A stretch of DNA of 64,000 nt from Neophaeotheca triangularis. Its lineage: Eukaryota. The position numbers and the translations under genes are program-made. The notes beneath the pieces are model-generated. The model made no database searches and was not told the origin of the DNA. It saw nothing but the letters and a program-made list of their open reading frames with translations. Numbering within the stretch: the stretch's first letter is position 1; the number at the start of each line of letters is the position of its first letter. This document shows positions 46,903 through 57,529 of this stretch, in pieces. Location of the stretch: the NCBI GenBank assembly GCA_054600435.1, contig BAAIJX010000009.1, forward strand, positions 496,001 through 560,000, written 5' to 3'.

Positions 46903-47521
46903 ATGGCCAACAACGACACCACCATGGCGGATGCCACCAACAATACCAACGATGCCACCACCAACGCCAGCAACCCATCACTTCCAGCTACCATTTCGCT
47001 ACCTATTCGCAATATCCCAGGCGCAACCAGCGGTCAAATGCACGAGGACACCACCATGGAAGACCGCGCTGAGGAAGTGAAGGATGCCGCCAAAGGCCAC
47101 TCACACAAAGTAAGCTTCACTTTTCTACATGCTTGTTAGCTCACTTCACATTGCAGAAGAAGCTGACCGTTCGTTCACTACGCAGTTCACCACCGCCCAG
47201 CTTACCACCATGAAGAAGGAAGACCGCGTGCTCGTGATGCATTGGCCGGAGGACTGGGAAGCGCAGCTTGCCCGTGAGGACTGGGTGTTCGTTCTCGCGG
47301 CCACTGGCGCTGGCAACAATCTCCGTCGGGTTCTTGCCGTAGCGGCGACGTACCTGGACGCGCCTCAAGAGCTAAAGCGTATCCTGGAGCGTGCTTGGGG
47401 CGAGGAAGTTGCTGGGAAGCCGAAAAGGGCTCTGATCCCATTCCACGTGAAGTCGGCGCTCACGAGTATGATGAGGGAGAACTGGAACGAACTTTCCAAT
47501 GCTGCGTTCATGGATGCTTGA
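46903..47521 (+). CDS. Orphan-family protein copy B (180 aa, 2 exons)
   Basis: Intron 47110-47185; shares KEDR.LV..WPEDWEAQLAR.DWVF and ELK.ILER.W...VAGKPKR.L.P.HVK.A with copy A. Confidence 0.85.
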
Positions 47522-47606
47522 GAGGCAAGCGGAACACCCGTTCGTAATTCGGTGTTGTCCTAGCAGGGTATATCAACAAAGAGCTTCTACATAGCTACAA
47601 AGAAAA

Positions 47607-47632
47607 CAGCATCAGCATCAGCATCAGCATCA
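47607..47632. repeat. (CAGCAT)4 microsatellite between convergent genes
   Basis: Directly visible. Confidence 0.85.
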
Positions 47633-47664
47633 CAATCATACAACCCCTCATCACCCACTAAAAC

Positions 47665-49669
47665 TCAATGGAAATCCGCCTTAACGCTCCCATACTTAAC
47701 CCCATCCACCCTCAGCTCAAACACCAAATTCGCACTTTCAATCTTCATATGCAGCTCAAAGTCCAGGTTATCAAACTCGACGCCTTTGGTCGTTGTGAGC
47801 CGGGTGAAGAGCGTTTTCGGCACGGCGTTGAGGTCGGTAGTCAGGGTGCAGACGTCGGTGAGACTCTTGCTGTAAGCATCCGGAGGCTCGTCGAGGTCCG
47901 TGCCGATGAGGTCGTCTTCGACGACGAGGGATTGCCCCGGTCGGAAGTTCCGCGTGTAGTGGAAACTTATGGGCGTTTCCGAGGAGATTGGGGTGCCCTG
48001 GGGTTGTTAGTGTGAGGACTTCTCGTCTCTTTTCAAGAAGAAAGATGGCTAGTGGTGTAAGGCTTACCTTGGCGATGTGCCATTGCATGCGGTCGCTGAC
48101 CATCCACCTCTCCCATAGTGGGCTCCAGTAGCGGTCGCTGACGGGGTGCTTGGCCTCGTCGAAGACGGTTGCGTAGCTGGTGCCGTAGTGCCAGCGGCTG
48201 CGACGCTTTTCCACCATGTTGCCTTCGACGCCCTTGAGCACCGCGCCTCGCACGACTGAGGTCCAGGCGTTCATGGGTTGCAGGACTTCGACGCTCTGTG
48301 CTTGTTGATTGCCTAGCTCGTGGGTGGGTGTTTCGGAATAGGGCGGTGGCGGTGAGACGTTAAAGTAGTCTTTCAGTCGCGTGTAGAGGTAGTTGCTCTG
48401 CCCGAAACCACCGACCAATATTATGCCGCTGACTGCTCCTCCTTTCGACTTGATGGCATTGACCTGACCCTCCACCAACTGGATGACCTCCTTGATGACA
48501 GGGTCGAAGATGGACTTGACCTGCGCCGCCGTCATGATTAAGAAGCCGCTGTCCAGACCGGCTTCCTCATTATCCGGCAGCCCGGGAAACGGCACGTTGA
48601 CTTCAGAATGCTCTTCCTCGTTGAAGTTGCGCTTGATAAACTCCTCAAAGTACTTCAAGCCCATCATCCACGTCTTCGGCTTTTTCTCTCGCATCATGGT
48701 ATACGTCTCCATTCCCAAACGCTGCTTGACGTGCTCCTCGAATCGATAGTTGAGGAAAGCCGAGCCACACAGCCCACCAGTGCCAACCGCGCTCTCTTCG
48801 ACCCTCAAAGGCGATAGCTGTGTGACCTTGTACGCGATCAGATCCACCGTCCCGCCTCCAGCATCACAAACAACGAAGTTCGAGCCTACTTTCAGGGCCC
48901 CTGGCTGCATAGTCTTGAGCGTATGTACCGCCGCGGCCTCGGGCTCGCTGATCAACTGCAGCTTTGCCCTCTCGCCCATGCCAGCTCTTTCTGCCGCCTG
49001 CAACGTCGCATTCTTCGCCGCATCGCTCCAAACCGCCGGCACGGTGAGGATAAACTCAATCGGGGTCGAAGCAATAAAACTCTCGCCGAACCGCCGTTTC
49101 AGCGTTTCCATTGTGTGCTCGTAGACTTTGGTCAAGTAGTCGGACACGGCGTCCATGACGGTTCTGTCATACTTCCGCAAAGCCGTGGCCGTCTCGAGAG
49201 GGGAGACGAAGTGAGGGAGTTTCTGGTTACGGTCGAGGAATAGCTTGATGCAGCGTAGTCGCGGCTCTTCGGGCTTGAACTGGAAACCCCATCGTATCTG
49301 GCGCGGGAGCGTGGCCGTGTGGTTCAGCTGCTCGGGGGTCAGGTCTGCTCGCGGAGTGGTTGCTGCGGCGCCGTTGGGCTGCTCGACCAGTTCGTAGGCC
49401 ACTTCGCTCGGGACTTTGTCGCTGGTGATGCCATTGCCGCCCGGCCAGGCCTTGATAATGTCGATGTCCTCCGGCGTTGCGCTGTACGTGAAGGCCACAC
49501 CGGAGTAGGTCGTACCGAAGTCGAGGCCCACTACTATCTTGTCTTGCTGGCGCGAAGGCGTCGATGGCTCGCTCTCTGCCATTGTCGCGCCGTGGCTACC
49601 CTTCGATGCGCCATTGGTTTTCTGCGCTGCACTCTCCGCTGCGCTGCGGATTGGAAGGTTTTGAGCCAT
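47665..49669 (-). CDS. Atypical Hsp70-like actin-fold ATPase (HSPA12-like, 2 exons)
   Basis: VGLDFGTTYSG, LTVPAVWSD.AK, ISEPEAAA, CDAGGGTVDL, LVGGFGQSNYL; intron 47998-48067; short C-terminal domain ending VKADFH, with no lid or EEVD. Confidence 0.93.
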
Positions 49670-50558
49670 TCTCAGTATTCCCCGACTGTCTCTGCACCTA
49701 CGATCGCTGCTGTGGTATGATAGATCGTTTCTCAGTGGGAAACACGCTCCTGAATGGCAATAGGAAATTCGCCTCTAGTTAGTTACAGCAGTGTATTGAA
49801 GACCCAATGGCTCTCCGCGAGACCGAAATGGTTTGCATCAGGCTCCAACCGTTGCCAACACCAGCTTTGCCGGAAAAGTGATGAAACTTGTCGAGCGTCG
49901 GGTTATGAAACAAGAGATCAATAGCGTCGAATGGCTTGCCTTGACGGAAGAGAAGAGCCACGCTCGAGGTTTCCTGTCACTTCCTACCTTATCTTACTTT
50001 CTGTATCACACCGTGCCTCTTCGGAGTCCGACGAAGTAGCTTGAGCTGTTTGGTACGGTACCCAAGTAGCTCGAGCTTCGAGAACGTCAGGGCGATCAGT
50101 AATAATGCTAAATGCGGGTATCCGAAATCGCCGAAAAGCACGGCAGGGTCGATCCCGTGGATTTCGCAAGAGTCTAATCAATCAGAAACCGGCAGGCTGA
50201 ACCAGTAAACACGATTCAGTCGAGAGACATCACTCCGAGAAACGGCATACGGCATACGGGACCGTCGTTTCGTCAACAGTAGTCCGTTATCACGAGACGA
50301 TGCCGAAGCAGTACAGCATTATCTGAGCAAGCTTGCGATTCAGTAGGTCGGACCCGTTTCGTTTTGTCTCCCATTCGAAACACTCTCGAGGCACAAGCAT
50401 CTGTTGCATAGTCCCAGCTGTTTCGCGCATACTTGATATTGCCCTAGCTGCCTCAACATCCGCCGAGAAATATAAACACAGCCGTGAATGCCAATGGCTG
50501 TGGACTCTGCCTGAGTTCAGAAGACGCAGTAAGCACCACAACCCTTCCTTTCTTCCAC

Positions 50559-52265
50559 ATGTTCATCCGAAAGAAGCTATCGGACGCTGCTTTCTGCTTC
50601 CGCACTCGACCCTCCGGCCCCACTGCTCCTGCTGCTGACGACCAGCCTTCCCCAGAAAGCGATCCTTTGGCCGCTGCCGTTGACGAGAAGCAAACATCAC
50701 AAGCTCATGCCCGCCCGTACCTGAAGAGCAAAGTCAGCGCCCGCTTCAGAAGCCCAGCAATGACGAGTGACGAGCCTAATGGCAAGGCGGAGCCTGAAAC
50801 CACGGCAAAGCCAACCGGCCACTCCAACGGCATTGTCGAAGCCCAAGACCGAACTCCCGACCGACCACAGAGTGCATCTCGCGCTACAAGCTCGAAGATA
50901 GCAGGCCTGCTTGCGGCTTTCGAGAAGGACGGGCCAGAGCGCGCCGCCTCGCCTCGACGCACGAGTTCCCGGCAGAGCAGTGTACAGCGCAACGCCGATC
51001 AGGATGCCGAGCTCGCGAGGACGCGGCATCAACTTGCTGCGGAAACTGAGTTGAGGACGGTTTATGAGTGTAAAGTGACGAGCTTGGAGGAAGAGGTGGA
51101 GAAGTTGATGGGGCAGCTGCGGGAACGTGATGGGGTGTGGGAGAGAGAGTTTGAGCGGAAGAATGAGGCGCTGGTTGTGGAGAAGGCAAGGGCTGTGGAG
51201 GAGATGAAGGAGGAGCGGTGGAAAAGGGTGCAGTTGCTTTCAGAAAAGGGGGAGCTCGAGGAGGCTTTGGAGAAGGCGGAGGGGGAGAGAGAGGAGATGA
51301 AGAGCCAGTGTAATGAGTTGAGGAGGAAGGCGAGGCGGAATGGGAGTCCTGCGGCTGCTGCTGCCGCCACACCGGTCAATGGAGAGGCAAACAAAGCGCT
51401 GCTCCACGCGGAAGGGGAGACTAGAACACTCAAAAGTCAGTTGACTGATTTGAAGCGGAGTATCAGTGTCAGCACGCGGGTTGAGAATGAGGTTTCGGAC
51501 GGTACTTTTGTGCAAGAGATGGGACGGCTGCAGCATGAAGTTCAGAACTGGGTCGTTAACAATTTTCGAAGGGCCAAGCTGCAACAGTCGTACGATGAAA
51601 TCTGCAAAGGATTGCAGCAAGCCGTAGGGGACGATCCGCCAACATTCGAAGCTTCGCAATCAATGTACCAAACGTTCGAAGCAATGAACAAGCTTGCGAT
51701 CTTCCAAGCAACGGTGGTTGCGATACTCCACGAAGTTTTTACCGAACCTTACCTGTATGGTTTGCGACAAGGCGACCCGTGGGCGGACTCCGTGAGGCAG
51801 AGTGCAGACGCCCTGAGCTCCGTTATGAATCCCGTGGCATACAACAAGTGGCGATCTTCGACCTTCGACGCGCTGCGGCATACACCAGCTGTCGAAGAGC
51901 ACGTCAACGTGAGAGCGACACAGCTTGCAGGAACAGCTCTCAATTTCCTAGAAACAGCGACGGGCACAGAACGTAATGAAAACGGAGCAATGACGTTGAA
52001 GCAAATCGTTAAGCGTGCTATCTCATTGGCACATCTGTTTCGTGTGCAAAGAGCACACTATCATTTCGACCTTCCTTCCCCTGGACAATCCTTCGAAGCC
52101 GACGGGATGGAAGATGTCGCCATTGATGCTGAAGAGGATGTCCAGAGAGTCGTCGTATGTGCCATCTTCCCAAGTGTCGTAAAGATTGGCAACGGCCAAG
52201 ACAGCAACGCGGCAGTTCGTAATGTCGTCGTGCGGTCGAAAGTGCTTTGCAGCGAAGGTGGTTGA
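50559..52265 (+). CDS. Coiled-coil protein with a GrpE-reminiscent C-terminal domain
   Basis: About 568-aa ORF with TATAAA near 50471; disordered N-terminus, long E/K/R heptad region, KWRSST helix, terminal PGQSF..MEDV..VVCAIFPSVVK..VVVRSKVLC. Confidence 0.85.
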   Translation: MFIRKKLSDAAFCFRTRPSGPTAPAADDQPSPESDPLAAAVDEKQTSQAHARPYLKSKVSARFRSPAMTSDEPNGKAEPETTAKPTGHSNGIVEAQDRTPDRPQSASRATSSKIAGLLAAFEKDGPERAASPRRTSSRQSSVQRNADQDAELARTRHQLAAETELRTVYECKVTSLEEEVEKLMGQLRERDGVWEREFERKNEALVVEKARAVEEMKEERWKRVQLLSEKGELEEALEKAEGEREEMKSQCNELRRKARRNGSPAAAAAATPVNGEANKALLHAEGETRTLKSQLTDLKRSISVSTRVENEVSDGTFVQEMGRLQHEVQNWVVNNFRRAKLQQSYDEICKGLQQAVGDDPPTFEASQSMYQTFEAMNKLAIFQATVVAILHEVFTEPYLYGLRQGDPWADSVRQSADALSSVMNPVAYNKWRSSTFDALRHTPAVEEHVNVRATQLAGTALNFLETATGTERNENGAMTLKQIVKRAISLAHLFRVQRAHYHFDLPSPGQSFEADGMEDVAIDAEEDVQRVVVCAIFPSVVKIGNGQDSNAAVRNVVVRSKVLCSEGG

Positions 52266-52278
52266 AGGACCTCATTCA

Positions 52279-53841
52279 TTACAAAGTCTGCTCTCTGGCC
52301 CTGCCTTGTCCACGCCTGACTGCGGTGCGAGAGGTAGGGGTTCCGGCCTGGTCGCCAGAAGCGTCGTTCCTCGAAGGTGAAGCGAGCCAGGCATCGAGTC
52401 CACCGGAACGCTCTTCCACAGTGGCGGCCCTGGCCCTAGTGGTGCTGCCTGACGGACGACGACTAGCAACCGACTCGCCGTGGATGACACGGGTCTCAAA
52501 TTCAGCGTCACGGCTCATCATGGCCTCACGTCTCTGCAAGAGTGTGGCGGGGGATAGTAGAGCGCTTGTAGTCGCAGAGCTGGGAGCAAAGTCTCGAACT
52601 CTGATAGCGGTCGTAGAGGAAGGATCGCTTCTCGCATGTGGGGTCTGGAAGCCGTCGAGCCCTTGGCGTACGATTTGACTCTCGAGTGCTGGGAAGGAGC
52701 CGGTGAAGATGCGTGGGACGCTAGGGGCATTAGGACGCCGAGCGCGCACGCTGGTGCGTGGCTGGAAGGTGGACTCTGCTGGTGCGTTGTCTAGAGGACG
52801 TGTTAGCGACCAGAGCGAGACAACCGGGTATTCCGGGGCAGTGGCTCTACGATGATGGCGGCGAGGTGTAGTAGCCTGCTCTTCAGCCGTGGTTTCCTCC
52901 TCAATTGATGGGAGACGTCTGAGTGCCCTCGTGTCTTCTAGCACGTAGGACGTTGCGTCGGCACCCTTGACGGCTGAGGCTTGGCTATCATAGGTTGGTT
53001 GCAGACGCCTAAGGTAGCGTGAGTCTTCAAGAATAGAAGCGACAGGTTCTTGGGGGCCATACTTCTGCTTTTCCTCGCTGCTGATGCTTTTGCCTTTGTT
53101 CTTGCGAGCGCGAGCTTCTTCGATCTTGGCAACGGTAGCTTGATGGAGTGCTAGTCTCTTCCTCGCCTGCTCATTGTCGAACTTGAGGCGAGCGTGCATG
53201 CGAACACCAGCAAAGTACACCTCGTCCAGCTCGCCGACAGCTTTCTCAAAGTCGTAGAAGATCTTGATGAGGCTCTCGAGTTTGAGGAAGATGTCTTGAA
53301 GGCGTCCATCCAGCTCATTCATGCGGTTGCTGGGGTTCTGGCGGCTGAAGGTGAGGAATTCGTGGTAGACTGCTTCGTCGAAGAAGACAGCAATCTCCTC
53401 CCACATTGCCAACCATTCGCCGCAGATGTCGTGAAGTTTCCTGTTTATTGTTGTCAGCTTCCTTTCTCACGTCACGGATGTTTCTTGATACACTTACTTC
53501 AGCTCCTCGGCCCAGAGATCCTTCGTCGCCCTGGCACGCCCCTCTCCAAGCTCCTCCTGAAAGACAGGCAACGCTCCCAGCTTGTGCCGTGCATCCTTCT
53601 TGAGGCGAATGCACGGGACGATCCAGTTCGTCAGGCCCTTCTGCAGGCACTGACAGTACCAGGTCACGGTGCCTAGATCGCTGGTCTGGAAGGTTCCCGA
53701 GGGAGGGAAGAGCTTCGCGCCCACGCCGTGGATTGTCCTCACCATCATCTGGAGGTCATGTAGACCTTTAGGATGGTCGAGTAGCTTGCCTTTGTTGTTG
53801 AGGTCTTGCAGTGCTTGCCATACCGCTGTCTGTTCCGCCAT
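52279..53841 (-). CDS. Orphan protein (about 500 aa, 2 exons): helical N-terminal half, disordered C-terminal half
   Basis: Intron 53441-53497 (GTAAGT..CTGAC..CAG) joins the two ORFs in frame (AEELK-KLHDICGEWLAMW). Confidence 0.75.
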
Positions 53842-56800
53842 GGCTTGTGATTGTTATTGTTGTTGTTGTCGGCGGTGTTGATGGTGTGGTCAGAAGGAAG
53901 AAGAAGAGAAGGAGAAACGTTGAAGCGGTGCGAGTATATGTTTCTGCGCCCAGGTGAGGTTTTGAGGCAGGAGCCATGACGCAGCTCGAAGTCGTGCCTT
54001 CCCCTTTAGGTGAACTTGACAATCCTCACCTGGAACTTCACCTCGCCGAGAGCACGATATCAACAATCTATTGGCACCTAAGGTCGCCAGGGACGAGGCA
54101 GGAAGCTTGCATGAGGGGTATCTGAGGACCGATGGGCATTTCTCAGCGAGTCCCATGGCATCCACGAGGCAATCAATGACCATGAGAGACCACGATCGAA
54201 GCAAACGAACATGGTATGAGGTGCGAAGCCCTCCCGAATTAGCTATGCTGTATCACCGGGAACAGGGTGTAACAAAGTTGTGAAGTGCTGACAACCGCCT
54301 TAGTACTTTACTCTTCCCCGGGCATCTCCCTTATGCGCCTGCAATCCTCCTCTTCCCGGCGACTTCAACAATCCTAAAATCACGAGTAAGGAATGCGAGG
54401 GGCTCTGAACCGATTGCAACAACCAATATCGCAGTACTACGCTGTCTTAGTATAGGAACAGTTCACCGCCGGGGATATTATGAGAAATTCGTCCAAAGCT
54501 CCGGGCGCCGTCTCCTGGCTCGTGGTAATATGTCAACGAGGCAGGCGGTGGTTACGATAAGCCTCGACCGAGGCATTTCGATAAAACTATGAGTTGCGAC
54601 CTCGTGTCAAGCTATAAGCAACGTGGCGCTGAGGAAAGAGCGTGGCCGGTGGGGAGGTGCTGAAAGTCTCTAGGCTACCTAGTATCTTGGTCTTTTTGTT
54701 GATCTCAATACGAGGTAACCAGCCATTTCGAACGACTACCCGGTGAGCTTTCGACAAGGGTCTGCGAAGAGGTGGTATTGTAATTCTCCCGAAGAACACA
54801 CCATCCAGCGCCGAGAACAGTGTTTGATTAGACTGCTGAGAACAACTCTCCGTTCAATCGAAGAGCACATTTTCGGGCAAGGGACAGCAATATCTGGATA
54901 ATCTGCCCGGTGCTCCTAAAAACAATGATCTGATACTCAATGGACACTGCGAGCTACGAGCATCCTTGAAGAGTATGGATAGTCGTGGGCTGCACATCGC
55001 GACGAGGTAGCTGGTTTATGTTAGCGATGAACTTGAACGAAGACTCAAAAACTTCGCAGCGATGGCTTCTAAGACGTGACCTCGCCTCAGATTCAGGACA
55101 ACTTGACGCCGTGAGCAAAGCTCATCAAGCGCGCGCTCCCATCCTAACACCATGTCTCCGGCGATCCAACCTCGGCTTCACTGCCACTGTCCATCACCGT
55201 CGCTGGAGCCTAGAAGTTTTGCGGCAGCTCTAACCCAACACAAGCCCGGCTCACTGGTCGAAGCGGTCGAGTACGGGAGAGGAGTAGCACTTTGATTGGT
55301 GCGACGGAATAAGAAGGGACTTGTTCATGTAGACCAGCCCTGTAGCTGTCAAGATCCGCACGTGGACGACAAAGGCATGTCTATACCCTCTCCCCCTTTC
55401 CTCCGCCACAATGGCGCCAAACTGTTCTCCCACGACCCAGCGTTTCGGCAAAGTCGGACAACACTGATCGACGTGGCGCCTGAAGCGAGCGCCCTTGGAA
55501 ATGGACGATCGTGCCCTAGGATGTCTTGATGGTCCGAACTCTAGAAGGCCATCGACAGTTTGTGTACGATCATTTTCAGGCTTTTTGTAAGTGTCGATCT
55601 TCCGCGCCGTCAATTGGAAGGTAGAAGGTGCGTTTGCCCCAGACCGTGACGAGACTTCAAGCTTCCATCAAACGCCTCTACTCCCATTTTGCTGCTCAAG
55701 TTTGATAGAAGTAACATGTGCAAATGGCCGAGGTTTCCGTCTACACATGGCTCTCGACGCTTGTCTAAAACAGTTCGGAGTAGTGCAAGTTCGAGTGCAC
55801 GGCTGACCTGTCAATATTTTCTTTGGACTCAAAATACGCCGTCGCTACAGATGCCACGAGCGACCTGATCTCGCGCCTGTTTCGAGCCTCGAGGGAAGCA
55901 AAAAAGCTTGCCGCCTCAGCGCTGAGAAGCAGCACCCCAAGTGAAGCTTCGCACGAGCTCTTCCCTCCCGGCCCCTGACATGTTAGAACCATACACTTAG
56001 CAATCCAGCTACACGCCAAAGCAGAGCGCCGCACCGTCTCGTCTGCAAGATAGAACTTCAGCACCTTGCCGAGTGGTAAGGTCAAGCGAAGGCTCGGTGA
56101 GAAAAGTCAGGCTTGCTTAGCTTGCTTAAATAGCCCCGAAAGGCGGACGAAAAGCGCACGAGTGCGCTCACATGCTCCCACGGCCCGGGCTAAAAGTTCA
56201 CGCCGTTGTCTTTTCAATCGGGGTCGGAGCAGAGACAGAGAATTAAGAGCAGGAGCTCAGCATGGGCAAAACGAGTTGGAGGGGAAAGGGGGAGCCTCAG
56301 ATTGAGAGGATGCCGGCGGAGGACGGAGTGAGAGCCGCAGCCTGCTGATGAAGAGGGTCACTTATATAAGTGAACGTAGGCGGGGCACCGTCGCCGGGAA
56401 CGACAGTGATCTTGAAACCCGCTTTCCTGGTGAGACTCCGCGGTGAACGATTGTACTCCCAGCACCACCCACTCGCCCCCACCGCTGCTCTACGGAGCAA
56501 GAATGCCATCCACGCGGGCCTGGACATGGAGCAACAACCCGAGGAAACAGAAGCGAAGACACTCGCAAGTGGAGCGGTATGTGTAGGTATGCGTCTACTC
56601 GAACGCAACGAACACTTAAGTTGCCAATGCAAGTCTACGCATCGTAAGAACCGGCAAGAGATGGGAGCCCTCACCATGCATTTTCACAACCCGCCAGCAC
56701 GAGAGACTCACTACTACCAGATTGCAAGCCGCATGGTTCCACTTCCGATACTGACAACACAAGTCTGAAGATGCCAGGCCTAGATTGCATAAATATATAT

Positions 56801-57529
56801 GATCAGGCAAACTCGATGAAGAAATTGCCTAGTCCAGTCCACTATAAAGATAGGTGCCCAAGGGAGCGAGAAAAGGCCAGACCAGCAAATATCCAATCTT
56901 GGTGACACTTCAACCACCCGACTAAACCGTTAAACCTACAATTGCGAAAGTGAAATGGACGTGAAAGTTTCCGAAAGTGATCAAGTAGGAGGCCAGGCGG
57001 ACGAGAGACTCGACAAGGAACACGAGATATACATTGGTGATTCCGCGAACTCAAAGCCTGACCCTCGACTCCAAATTAGGAGGAGGTAGGTGATCCGACT
57101 GCCTCGCCCTGTCTACCTTGCTCATCAACCGTCTTCCGCAGTCGACAGCAAATAGCAAAACGGGAAGTATCCAGCGACCCAGCGTTGACAGAAGGGCGTT
57201 CGTTGGTAAGAGAGAAGCGTGTAGCTCAAGCACACAAGCGCAGTAACCGACCCAGGAGACCATCGAACAACAAGATACAAAAAGCAGAAGTGAAAGCAAA
57301 AGGCAAAAGGCAAAACCCGCAAGACACCTAGTTCATAAACAACCATAGCCCATATCTCGTGTCTATTCTAGTCTAGGCTCTGTACATACCTAGGGAAATT
57401 AACTGTCTAGGTGGGAGGCTCAGGCGCTCGCTGTAGGTAACACCGCCATCTACACCACGCCTGGCAAACAATAGGATATCCTCCTGACCCCTACCACCAC
57501 CACCACCTCCTCAAACACCCACGACCCCC

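Noticed and set aside
43200..57400. Island as a Starship or other transposon
   Set aside because: No tyrosine recombinase, transposase, terminal repeats or target-site duplication recognised.
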